A DNA stretch of 64,000 nt from an uncultured Deferribacteres bacterium. GTDB lineage: Bacteria; Zhuqueibacterota; JdFR-76; DREG01. Positions 40,594 through 49,269 of the stretch are shown piece by piece. A program made the position numbers and the translations under genes. The notes below the pieces were generated by a model. It made no database searches, was not told the DNA's origin, and saw only the letters and a program-made list of their open reading frames with translations. Position 1 is the stretch's first letter. Each line of letters opens with the position of its first letter. The stretch is taken from positions 2,980 to 66,979 of the forward strand of contig CAJVYQ010000019.1 of assembly GCA_913009825.1 (NCBI GenBank). Direction: 5' to 3'.

Positions 40594-41814
40594 TTACACG
40601 TTTTGCACTTGTATTTTGGGCCGTTCATCCCGGAAGAAAAACAGAAATGCCAGCGCACAGGCGATGGTTAAAAAGCAGGGCACTAAAAACACGCCGGTCC
40701 AGTTTGTCACTCCGCCGGTGGTGAAATAGTCCTGTATCCAGCCGGCGAAAAATGCGCCGATGTAATTTCCGATACCGTACGTGGCCAGTGTGATCAAGCT
40801 CTGTGCAGAATGTCGAATATCCGGCGGGGCGATGGTATCCACATAAATAAAAGCTGCGGTAAAGAAAAATACAAAACAGAAACCGTGCAGCGACAGAGAA
40901 GCAATCACCAGCCAGACAGGTGTTCCGATGGCAAAGATGATGTAGCGGATTGGCCAGGCTACCACACCGATGAACAACACATTCCGCAAGCCGATTTTTT
41001 TAATCGCCACCGGCAAGAGCGCCGCCATCACAATAATCTCCGCAAATTGCGCAATAGTCATGATTGCCGGAACATTTGCCGGCGAAAGTCCGATTTTCGG
41101 CGATTCCAGAAACGGCGAGGTTAACTGATAATAGAACATCAATTCGGTTGCCACTATAAAAGAGATAATGATGAAAATCAGGAAGTTTTTATCCTTCATC
41201 ATTTTGAGGGCATCTAAAAAAGCCCAGGGCCTGCCGCCTTCTTTTTTGGGCGGCGTATGCGGCAGAGAAAAAGATTGTATCCCCATGATGATCGAAAAGA
41301 TACCTGCCAATATCAGTAAATCACCGTTGAAAGAAAAGGAAGCGGTTACTTTTTCCATATAACGCCAGCCTGTGAGAGACCAGCCCGCCGCAATCCAGCC
41401 GATAGTACCCCACACACGAATCAGGCCGAAATCTTTTTCCGAATCTTTAAGATTAATAAAAGCGATAGAGTTGGTCAAGGCCAATGTGGGAGCGTACAGT
41501 AAAGAGTAAAGCAACATCAACCAAACCATTACGGTGTAGTTTGAGGTTTGTGAAATGACAATCAGAATACCGCCGCCGATCAATTGTAAAAATGCGATCA
41601 CCTTTTCCGAAGAAAAGTAGCGGTCGGCAATTTGTCCGCCCACAAAAGGCGAGATAATCGTTGCCAACGGCAGCAGGCTGTAAATCATGCCCACTTGAAC
41701 GCCGGTGAAATTAAGGGGGGGACTCTGCAAATAGGCCGCCAGAACCGGCGCCCAGGCGCCCCAGATCGCATACTGCAAAAACATCATGATACTCAAACGA
41801 ACTTTCGCACTCAT
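40594..41814 (-). CDS. MFS transporter of the nucleoside:H+ symporter (NHS, NupG/XapB-like) family
   Basis: 406 aa with 12 helices. The N-terminus VRLSIMMFLQYAIWGAWAPVLAAYL resembles the NupG-type LSFLQFCLWGSW start. Confidence 0.65.
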   Translation of the reverse strand: MSAKVRLSIMMFLQYAIWGAWAPVLAAYLQSPPLNFTGVQVGMIYSLLPLATIISPFVGGQIADRYFSSEKVIAFLQLIGGGILIVISQTSNYTVMVWLMLLYSLLYAPTLALTNSIAFINLKDSEKDFGLIRVWGTIGWIAAGWSLTGWRYMEKVTASFSFNGDLLILAGIFSIIMGIQSFSLPHTPPKKEGGRPWAFLDALKMMKDKNFLIFIIISFIVATELMFYYQLTSPFLESPKIGLSPANVPAIMTIAQFAEIIVMAALLPVAIKKIGLRNVLFIGVVAWPIRYIIFAIGTPVWLVIASLSLHGFCFVFFFTAAFIYVDTIAPPDIRHSAQSLITLATYGIGNYIGAFFAGWIQDYFTTGGVTNWTGVFLVPCFLTIACALAFLFFFRDERPKIQVQNV

Positions 41815-42137
41815 TCTTCCTCCAACCGTTTGTCTGTAACTGGATTTATAATTTTAGACGTAATTTGTGCCGGTGTCCGGTATCCGGTATATATTTTCAT
41901 CCGGTATGTAGTAGCCGGCTTGCAATGATCAGTTGTATTGCATGCAAAAAAATGAACCGATGATGTGCGGTTCTTTGTTATAAAAATTTAGCGAGTTGCT
42001 GCATGAATGTCAACGAAAAAATCGGTAAGATCATCAACCATAAAAAGCGTAAAAGGAAAAATTTCCGCATTGGATGACAGAATTTTATTGACTCTTGCCT
42101 GTCAAATTTTAAATTGGCTATAGATGGGTTTTTCATT

Positions 42138-42220
42138 CCTAAATTGAGCGATTGTAGGGCGATTCGCTGAATCGCCAACGGGAGTTGCACAAAAAAATGA
42201 AAACCCGTTTGGTAATAGAA
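42138..42220 (+). mobile_element. MITE family A, copy 4 (forward, right third missing)
   Basis: CCTAAATTGAGCGATTGTAGGGCGATTCGCTGAATCGCCAACGGGAGTTGCAC...AAAATGAAAACCCGTTTGGTAAT. There is no right terminal repeat, and the copy abuts the GH29 remnant. Confidence 0.7.
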
Positions 42221-42222
42221 CC

Positions 42223-42375
42223 GAGTACGAAAAATATGCCGCGCAGTTCAATCCGGTGAAATTCAACGCGGATGAATGAGTGAAAATCGCCAAAGATGCC
42301 GGCATGAAATATATCGTGATCACCTCCAAACATCACGATGGCTTCTGTATGTGGGACTCCAGAGTTTCCGATTGA
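42223..42375 (+). pseudogene. Remnant (about 50 codons) of a GH29 alpha-L-fucosidase gene with an internal TGA
   Basis: Translates to [49 protein letters not shown]. The F.A..F.A.EW..L.K.AG.KY.V.T.KHHDGF..W.S block is the hallmark GH29 N-terminal region, and the TGA sits where the conserved Trp (TGG) is expected. About 100 N-terminal and more than 300 C-terminal codons are missing. Confidence 0.7.
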
Positions 42376-42488
42376 TTCAGGGTTATTCGGTTCGACAAAG
42401 GGGTGCCGCGTGGGCCGGTGTTGAACATTTGCCCGGTCATGAAAATGAAAGCAAACAAAAAAAGTAAAATAAATCAGGAGGACAAAGA

Positions 42489-43637
42489 ATGTACAATCTC
42501 AAAACAGCTATTATCGGCGCGGGATTTATGGGACCCGCGCATACGGAAGCGCTGCGCCGCATCGGTGTGAATGTGGTTGGTTTACTGGGTATCGATGATG
42601 CCGAATCGACCCGCGTTGCCAAAAGCCTGGGCATTCCCAAAGCTTACCGGAATTTTGACGAGGCACTTGCCGATCCGAATGTTGACGTTGTGCATATCAC
42701 AACGCCGAACCGGCTGCATCACCGGATGGCCAAAGCGGCTTTGCAAGCGGGAAAACATGTGATGTGTGAAAAACCGCTGGCCATGACAACCGAAGAAACA
42801 AGCGATTTGGTTGAAACAGCCCGAAAAAGCGGTCTGGCTGCCGGCGTGAATTACAATATGCGTTTCTACCCTCTCTGTTTGCAGGCGAAAGAGATGGTTA
42901 AAGCCGGTGAGGCAGGTCAGGTGTTTTCCATTGTGGGCAGTTATGTTCAGGATTGGCTGTTGTACCCCACGGATTACAATTGGCGTGTGCTGGCGGAAGA
43001 AGGCGGCGCCGTGCGCGCAGTGGGTGATATCGGCACCCATTGGCTGGATTTGGTACAGAATATCACCGGAACCAAAGTTGTTGCGGTGCTGGCCGATCTG
43101 AAAACGGTTCATCCTTTGCGAAAACGGCCCAAAGGGGAAGTGGAAACCTTCTCCGGCAAGGTTACGCAAATCCAGGCGACGGAAGACGTCGCCATCAACA
43201 CGGAGGATTGCGGTTCCATAATGCTGCGATTCGATAACGGTGCCAAAGGATCGCTCTGGGTATCGCAAATGACGGCGGGACGAAAAAATTGTTTGCGTTT
43301 TGAAATCGGCGGCACTAAAAAAGCGCTGTACTGGGACAGCGAATCGCCAAATGAAATATGGTCGGGTTACCGGAACAAAGCCAATGAAAAATTATTGAAG
43401 GACCCCGGCCTGGCGGCGGAGAATGTGCGCGGATTTATCGGCTACCCGGGCGGGCACAACGAAGGCTACCCGGACAGTTTCAAACAGAGTTTTCAGGCAT
43501 TTTACAGCTACATTGCCAACGGCGACATGTCCGCTCATCCGCCCTTTGCCACTTTTGCCGACGGACACCATGAAGTGGCGTTGGGCGAGGCAATTTTTAG
43601 AAGCCACCGGGAAGAGAAATGGGTTGCAGTTGCGTAG
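42489..43637 (+). CDS. Gfo/Idh/MocA family oxidoreductase
   Basis: 382 aa with [12 protein letters not shown]ossmann motif, a CEKPLA block, and AGGAGG 7 nt upstream. Confidence 0.8.
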   Translation: MYNLKTAIIGAGFMGPAHTEALRRIGVNVVGLLGIDDAESTRVAKSLGIPKAYRNFDEALADPNVDVVHITTPNRLHHRMAKAALQAGKHVMCEKPLAMTTEETSDLVETARKSGLAAGVNYNMRFYPLCLQAKEMVKAGEAGQVFSIVGSYVQDWLLYPTDYNWRVLAEEGGAVRAVGDIGTHWLDLVQNITGTKVVAVLADLKTVHPLRKRPKGEVETFSGKVTQIQATEDVAINTEDCGSIMLRFDNGAKGSLWVSQMTAGRKNCLRFEIGGTKKALYWDSESPNEIWSGYRNKANEKLLKDPGLAAENVRGFIGYPGGHNEGYPDSFKQSFQAFYSYIANGDMSAHPPFATFADGHHEVALGEAIFRSHREEKWVAVA

Positions 43638-43647
43638 ATTGAACTTA

Positions 43648-43676
43648 CCAGGGCAGGAGTTGAACTCCTGCCCTGG
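43648..43676. repeat. Family D hairpin (CCAGGGCAGGAGT-TGA-ACTCCTGCCCTGG), probable terminator/REP
   Basis: Perfect 13-bp stem 11 nt after the stop at 43637. Confidence 0.6.
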
Positions 43677-43742
43677 CCCGAGATCGAATAGAACTGCGAA
43701 CAGCCGCAACTGAGTATGAATTAAACATACGGAGGCTATCAA

Positions 43743-44519
43743 TTGATTCATGAATGGGACCTGACCGAAACGAATTTGTCACGACTTTCAGAACAAAACA
43801 TAGAAGTGGCGGTGATTCCAACCGCAGCAATTGAACCCCACAACCGGCATTTGCCGCAGGGGCAGGATTTTTTACACACCAAATATATTGCCGGAGAAGT
43901 GTGCCGGAATGCCTGGGAAAAGACAAAATCGGTTATCTGCCTGCCCGGACTTCCTTACGGTGTGGATTGTAATCTGCTGGATTTTCCCCTGGCCATCCAC
44001 GTTACGCAGGCAACGCTGGACGCGCTGCTCACGGATATTATCGTGTCGCTGCATCACCATCATATTCACAAAATTGTTATCATCAACGGACATGGCGGCA
44101 ATGATTTCACCCCGCTGATTCGCCAACTGCAGTGCGAGATAGATGTGTACCTGTTTCAAAGCGACTGGTGGAAAGTGGGACTGGACAGATACGACGAGAT
44201 TTTCGATAAACCGGATGATCATGCCGGGCAGTTCGAAACATCCGTGGCCCTGGCGCTTTTTCCGGAATTGGTGGAACTGGAAAAAGCAAAAGACGGTATC
44301 CCGCGGCCGTTTCGGTTTGAAGCTTTGAAAAAAGGCTGGGTGCAAACCAGCCGGCAATTTTCCCGCCTGAATGATCACAGCGCTGCCGGAGATCCAACCG
44401 GCGCTTCGGCGGAAAAGGGATGGAAATATCTGGAAATCGTCATCGAACGACTCGGTTCCTTTCTAATAGAACTTGCATCTTCTCCCATCGATGACAACTT
44501 TCCGCAGATAAACGGTTGA
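43743..44519 (+). CDS. Creatininase-family amidohydrolase
   Basis: VAVIPTAAIEPHNRHLPQGQD, IINGHGGN and HAGQFETS blocks match the creatininase/MftE-type metal-binding signature. A TTG start is inferred. Confidence 0.7.
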   Translation: MIHEWDLTETNLSRLSEQNIEVAVIPTAAIEPHNRHLPQGQDFLHTKYIAGEVCRNAWEKTKSVICLPGLPYGVDCNLLDFPLAIHVTQATLDALLTDIIVSLHHHHIHKIVIINGHGGNDFTPLIRQLQCEIDVYLFQSDWWKVGLDRYDEIFDKPDDHAGQFETSVALALFPELVELEKAKDGIPRPFRFEALKKGWVQTSRQFSRLNDHSAAGDPTGASAEKGWKYLEIVIERLGSFLIELASSPIDDNFPQING

Positions 44520-44570
44520 AAAAACAGAAAAGGCAGCTACGGGAACGGATCGAAACTGATAAAAGAAAAG

Positions 44571-44725
44571 GTAACTATTCAGGTTTACACAATGAATTGG
44601 CTATAATCACGCTTCGACTTCGCTCAGCATAGCTATTTAAGCCGGTCTGATCCCTTCGGCAAGGTTTGTCCTGAGCTTGTCGAAGGCTCCCTGCACATCA
44701 AACAATAAACATACCTGAGTAGTTA
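44571..44725. mobile_element. MITE-like element, family B, second copy
   Basis: GTAACTATTCAGGT ... ACATACCTGAGTAGTTA termini, with internal blocks shared with 8204-8379. Confidence 0.75.
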
Positions 44726-44753
44726 AAAGAAGAGACGGAAGATTATACCGGAA

Positions 44754-46046
44754 TTGAAAAAAGAATTGACGCAATACGGACTCATCATGGTGGCCATCGG
44801 CTCCTGTATCGGTTCGGGAATTTTTCTTACCCCTTCACAAATTGCCGGACAATTGCCGTCTCCCCTGCTAATTCTCACTATTTGGGGGATTGGCGGGGTT
44901 ATCACACTAACCGGCGCACTCACTTTTGCCGAGTTAGGCGCCATGTTTCCACAGGCCGGGGGAGTTTACGTTTATCTGAAAGAAGCGTATGGCGACCTGG
45001 CCGGATTTTTGTACGGCTGGTCTTACCTGATGGTTATTTCAACGGGAGCTATTGCGGCGCTTAGCATCGCATTTGCCCGCTACATGGCCTTTATCATCCC
45101 TCTTTCTGCAAACGGAATCAAGATTGTGGCGAGCGCGGCAATTGTTGCGGTTACCATTGTAAATATTTTACGTGTGAAAGCGGGAGAAGTGTTTTCCAAT
45201 CTTTTTACCGGACTGAAAATTATCGGAATTTCAGCTATTATTTTAATCGGATTGATTTGGGGCAACGCCGCTTTCATTGCTAATACATCCACCTCACAGA
45301 CGCTGCCCGGCAACCTAATCAGCGCCCTGGGATTGGGATTGATCGGCGTTTTGTGGTCTTATGGCGGATGGCAGCACGCTTCGTACGTTGCCGGAGAGGC
45401 TAAGGATGCCCAACGAACCGTGCCGCGCGCCATGATCATCGGCGCGCTGATTGTCGCCGCCATCTATTTATTGACCAATCTTGCCTACCTTTTCCTTTTA
45501 CCTGTCGACGAAATAATTCAATCCAAAAGTCTGGCGGCAGATGCGGTGAAAACCATCATTCCATTCGGCGGCGTTGCCGTGGCGCTGATCATTGCTCTTT
45601 CCACTTTCGGCACTGCCGGAATCTACACCCTTTCCTCTCCCAGAATTTACTATGCCATGGCCGCAGATAAACTCTTTTTCCGCCAGTTAGCCGCCATACA
45701 TCCCAAATTCAGAACGCCCATGAACGCCATTTTGGCGCAATCTTCCTGGGCGATTGTGCTGCTGCTGTTTTGGGGAACTTTTGAAGATGTGATCACTTAC
45801 GTGGTTTTCAGCGATTGGATTTTTTTCAATTTAACCGCCGTTTCCATTTTCATTTTTCGCCGGAAACGAAAAGATGTTCACAGACCGTATAAAACCTGGG
45901 GTTACCCCGTTACACCCATTATTTTCATCGTCATTACATTTCTATTTGTGGTGAACACCTTAATCGAAAAGCCGCTGCATGCCTGGGCCGGATTGATTTT
46001 TATGGGTATCGGTACTGTTGTTTACCTGTTTTTTAAAAAAAGGTAA
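44754..46046 (+). CDS. APC superfamily amino-acid permease
   Basis: 430 aa with 12 helices. The N-terminal GLIMVAIGSCIGSGIF block is typical of APC transporters. The start is TTG. The stop TAA (46044-46046) lies inside a GGTAACTATTCAGG terminus. Confidence 0.8.
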   Translation: MKKELTQYGLIMVAIGSCIGSGIFLTPSQIAGQLPSPLLILTIWGIGGVITLTGALTFAELGAMFPQAGGVYVYLKEAYGDLAGFLYGWSYLMVISTGAIAALSIAFARYMAFIIPLSANGIKIVASAAIVAVTIVNILRVKAGEVFSNLFTGLKIIGISAIILIGLIWGNAAFIANTSTSQTLPGNLISALGLGLIGVLWSYGGWQHASYVAGEAKDAQRTVPRAMIIGALIVAAIYLLTNLAYLFLLPVDEIIQSKSLAADAVKTIIPFGGVAVALIIALSTFGTAGIYTLSSPRIYYAMAADKLFFRQLAAIHPKFRTPMNAILAQSSWAIVLLLFWGTFEDVITYVVFSDWIFFNLTAVSIFIFRRKRKDVHRPYKTWGYPVTPIIFIVITFLFVVNTLIEKPLHAWAGLIFMGIGTVVYLFFKKR

Positions 46047-46110
46047 CTATTCAGGCAGGATATAATTGTGTTGGAACTACTCTTATGCGCCCCAGTACTC
46101 CCCATGTTGT
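46042..46110. repeat. Family E-like element fragment (GGTAACTATTCAGGCAGGATATAATTGTGTTGG...)
   Basis: The left half aligns with the reverse complement of the 23.4-kb copy (GTAACTATTCAGGGCAAGATATAATTGTGGC). No right terminus was found. Confidence 0.45.
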
Positions 46111-46165
46111 TGACTTAATGAGTGTTTTCTTTGGATTTTTTATTGTTTTCCATACTGTTCTTTGT

Positions 46166-46634
46166 GTTTAACCATTTACAACGCTCGCCTGATGGTGAAC
46201 CATCAGGCTAATGTCGGCAAGCGCCATAAATGACGCTCGGAAGACCGGAGAAGTGTCAGTTTCAGGCGGACTTTGAGGGGTGTACCGGGAGTGTTCTCTC
46301 TCCAACGAACAAGCTACCGGGAAACCTAAAAATCGGTTCACAGAATTGAGGTTTCACAGAAAAAAAATGAATAATTTTGTTGATTTAATATGTTTTAAAA
46401 GTTTAACCATTTACAACGCTCGCCTGATGGTGAACCATCAGGCGAATGTCGGCAAGCGCCATAAATGACGCTCGGAAGACCGGAGAAGTGTCAGTTTCAG
46501 GCGGACTTTGAGGGGTGTACCGGGAGTGTTCTCTCTCCAACCGAACAGCTACCGGGAAACCTAAAAATCGGTTCACAGAATTGAGGTTTCACAGAAAAAA
46601 ATGAATAATTTTGTTGATTTAATATGTTTTAAAA
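46166..46634. repeat. Tandem duplication, 2 x about 235 bp (46166-46400 and 46401-46634), near-identical
   Basis: The copies differ only at GGCTAATG/GGCGAATG, CCAACGAACAAGC/CCAACCGAACAGC and A8/A7. Each unit holds the hairpin CGCCTGATGG-TGAA-CCATCAGGCG. A partial match to the unit end (TTGTTGACTTAATGAGTGTTTT) precedes copy 1. Confidence 0.85.
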
Positions 46635-46867
46635 ATTGCCTCGAATGAATTTATGCCAATATTGCATGTTTTGAAAATGATCAATACATGAATGAAAATA
46701 CAAAAAAAGTTGAACCATCCACAAATGCCAACGGTAATAAAGAACATTACAACCACGAAAGAGATAAAGGCAAATCCGGGAAATCTTGTTGAACTTTGTC
46801 TGTTTCAGGCCGGGTTATCAAATACAAATTTTCTATCATTTGGACAAATCAATGAAAGGGAGTTAAA

Positions 46868-49147
46868 ATGAAACGTGCAATCACCATTCTTGCCACATTC
46901 CTGTTTGCAATGATTTTTATTTCACCGGTTTTTTCACAGGAGAAGATGAGCCGAAGCAAAATTTACGACAACTGGGATGAACTGAATCTCACCAAAACAA
47001 CCGGAAAAGGCAGGCTGACCTGGCTGCCCAACGGCATGGGCTACCTTGAAATTGAGAATCATGTATTTTACAGAGTCGATCCGAAAAATAAAAAACGGCG
47101 CCGCCTGTTCGATAAAAGTACCGTGAAGAATTTGATCCGTGAATATAACAAACTCACGGGAAAATCCGAGACCAATCTTCCTTTCAGAAGATTCGAATAT
47201 TTATCCGACAACAGCGGCATACAATTTAAAATTCGCGGCGGCGATAAATTCATCTACAAATTCCGGGAAAAAGAGCTGATGAAACTGCCGGAATCGCGTG
47301 CAGAAGTAGCCGGCTGGGTTCCGCACCGGAGTTCGCGACAGCTAAAAACCGGCTCCTATTCACCCGATTTCAAAAAAATTGCTTATGTAAAAAATTACGA
47401 TATTTTCGTTTATAATTCCCAAACCGGCGAGGAAAAACAGGTAACTTTCGGCGGCACGGACGAGATCATGAACGGCCGCACCGACTGGGTTTACCCGGAA
47501 GAACTGTACCAAAGCGATGCGTTCTGGTGGTCACCGGACGGCAGGAAAATCGCCTATTTTCAATTCGACGTGCGCGCCGAATACAAATATCCTTTGCTGC
47601 ATGAAATCGACCTGAGCAAAGACGGCATCGATCACTATCGTTTTGAGACGCTTCTGGAAATTGAGCGCTACCCCAAAGCGGGCGAGCCCAACGCCACCGT
47701 CAAACTTTTTATCGTAGATTTGGCGACCGACAAAAAAGTTGAAGTGAACACCGATAGTTCGCCGGACGTTTACCTCATCAAAGTTGCCTGGCGCAAAGAC
47801 GGCAGTGAATTGACCTTCCAGCGTTTGAACCGTTTCCAAAACAAACTTGAACTGTTAGCGGCGGATCCGCAAAATGGTCAGGTGCGAACGATTCTTGCGG
47901 AAGAAGAGAAGTGTTTTGTCCGAACCCATAACAATTTCCGCCAACTGAACGATGGGAAGTATTTTCTGTGGAGTTCTGAAAGAAGCGGCTGGAACCATCT
48001 CTATTTGTACGATTTTCAGGGAAACCTGGTCAAACAGCTTACCAACGGCAATTGGGAAGTGGCGGGGATTCGGTGCGTCGATGAAAAGGGCAAATACATC
48101 TATTTCAGCACCTACATGAAAGACGGATTGGAATCCCATTTCTGCCGCGTCAAATTCGACGGCACCGGATTCAAACAGTTGACAACCGCGGCCGGCTTTC
48201 ATCGCGTCAGTATCGATCCTGCCGGAAAGTACTATACGGACAGCTACTCTTCACTAAAAACGCCAACCATCGTAAACTTGCATCGTTCTAATGGGAAACT
48301 GATCCGCAACCTGGCAAAAACCACGCTGGATAATGCAAAGATGAAAGAACTGGGACTGGAACTACCCGAGCTGGTTTATTTCAAAGCGGCCGATGGGAAA
48401 ACAGACCTGCACGCCATCCTTTACAAACCGGCGCAGTACGATGTTCACAAAAAGTATCCGCTCATCGTCTCCGTCTACGGCGGTCCGGCAGGAAGTGTGC
48501 GCAATTCATTCAGAATCGGCAACCGCATGGCACAGCTTGGCTATTTTGTCATCAAACAGGACAACAGAGGCACCACCAACCGGGGCAAAAAGTTCCTCAC
48601 CGAAACCTACCTGAAATTCGGCCAGGTTGAAATTGACGATCAGGCGGCGGGCGTTGCACAGATCACACAACGCGCTTACATCGACGGTTCACGCGTCGGC
48701 ATCACCGGCGGTTCCTACGGCGGCTACGCCACCTGCATGTCTCTGCTGCGCTATCCGGATGTTTACCAAGCCGGGGTTGCCATGTCGTCGGTTACGGATT
48801 GGCGGAGTTACGATTCCATTTACACCGAACGCTACATGAGGACACCGCAGGCTAATCCGGAAGGCTACCGGCTGGGCTCCGCCATGACGTACGCCAAAAA
48901 TTTAAAAGGAAAACTGCTGCTTACCCATGGCTTAACCGACAACAATGTAAATTTTGGCAATACCATCCACCTGGCAGATGCGCTGCAAAAGGCGGGCAAA
49001 GATTTCGAACTCATGATTTACCCGGAAAACCGCCATGGTATCAGAGGGTACCACAGGGCGCACCTGAACAAACTTCGCACGGCTTATTTTTTGAGGTATT
49101 TACAACCGGAAGGCTGGCAGGAGAGGTTGAAAAAGGTGTGGCAGTGA
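46868..49147 (+). CDS. Dipeptidyl-peptidase IV (peptidase S9B), secreted
   Basis: 759 aa with a signal peptide and the DPPIV N-terminal propeller blocks (TDWVYPEELYQSDAFWWSPDGRKIAYFQFD). Catalytic Ser motif GGSYGGY, with later D and H (HGLTDNNV, NRHGI). Confidence 0.85.
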   Translation: MKRAITILATFLFAMIFISPVFSQEKMSRSKIYDNWDELNLTKTTGKGRLTWLPNGMGYLEIENHVFYRVDPKNKKRRRLFDKSTVKNLIREYNKLTGKSETNLPFRRFEYLSDNSGIQFKIRGGDKFIYKFREKELMKLPESRAEVAGWVPHRSSRQLKTGSYSPDFKKIAYVKNYDIFVYNSQTGEEKQVTFGGTDEIMNGRTDWVYPEELYQSDAFWWSPDGRKIAYFQFDVRAEYKYPLLHEIDLSKDGIDHYRFETLLEIERYPKAGEPNATVKLFIVDLATDKKVEVNTDSSPDVYLIKVAWRKDGSELTFQRLNRFQNKLELLAADPQNGQVRTILAEEEKCFVRTHNNFRQLNDGKYFLWSSERSGWNHLYLYDFQGNLVKQLTNGNWEVAGIRCVDEKGKYIYFSTYMKDGLESHFCRVKFDGTGFKQLTTAAGFHRVSIDPAGKYYTDSYSSLKTPTIVNLHRSNGKLIRNLAKTTLDNAKMKELGLELPELVYFKAADGKTDLHAILYKPAQYDVHKKYPLIVSVYGGPAGSVRNSFRIGNRMAQLGYFVIKQDNRGTTNRGKKFLTETYLKFGQVEIDDQAAGVAQITQRAYIDGSRVGITGGSYGGYATCMSLLRYPDVYQAGVAMSSVTDWRSYDSIYTERYMRTPQANPEGYRLGSAMTYAKNLKGKLLLTHGLTDNNVNFGNTIHLADALQKAGKDFELMIYPENRHGIRGYHRAHLNKLRTAYFLRYLQPEGWQERLKKVWQ

Positions 49148-49157
49148 TTTAACAATC

Positions 49158-49231
49158 GTGGGCAGGAGTGAATATCCCGCCCACATCTGATTTAACTTAT
49201 TTTCGTAACTTTCAAGTCTCTTGAAAGTTAC
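49158..49231. terminator. Convergent-gene terminator region (two hairpins)
   Basis: GTGGGCAGG...CCCGCCCAC (49158-49184) and the perfect GTAACTTTCAAG-TCT-CTTGAAAGTTAC (49205-49231), between convergent genes. Confidence 0.5.
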
Positions 49232-49269
49232 ATTGAAACGTTTATTGTATTTTTGGGGATGAAAAAAGT

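Noticed and set aside
46200-46290. Possible fluoride (crcB-motif) or other riboswitch in the 235-bp tandem unit (GGCG...GCGCCATAAATGACGCTCGG).
   Set aside because: It bears only a loose resemblance to ...CGCCAUAAACGCUC.... The P1 loop is too long, I could not find the pseudoknot complement, and the downstream gene is a DPP-IV rather than an ion or stress gene. I also failed to match glycine, TPP, SAM, ykkC or ZTP consensus features by eye.
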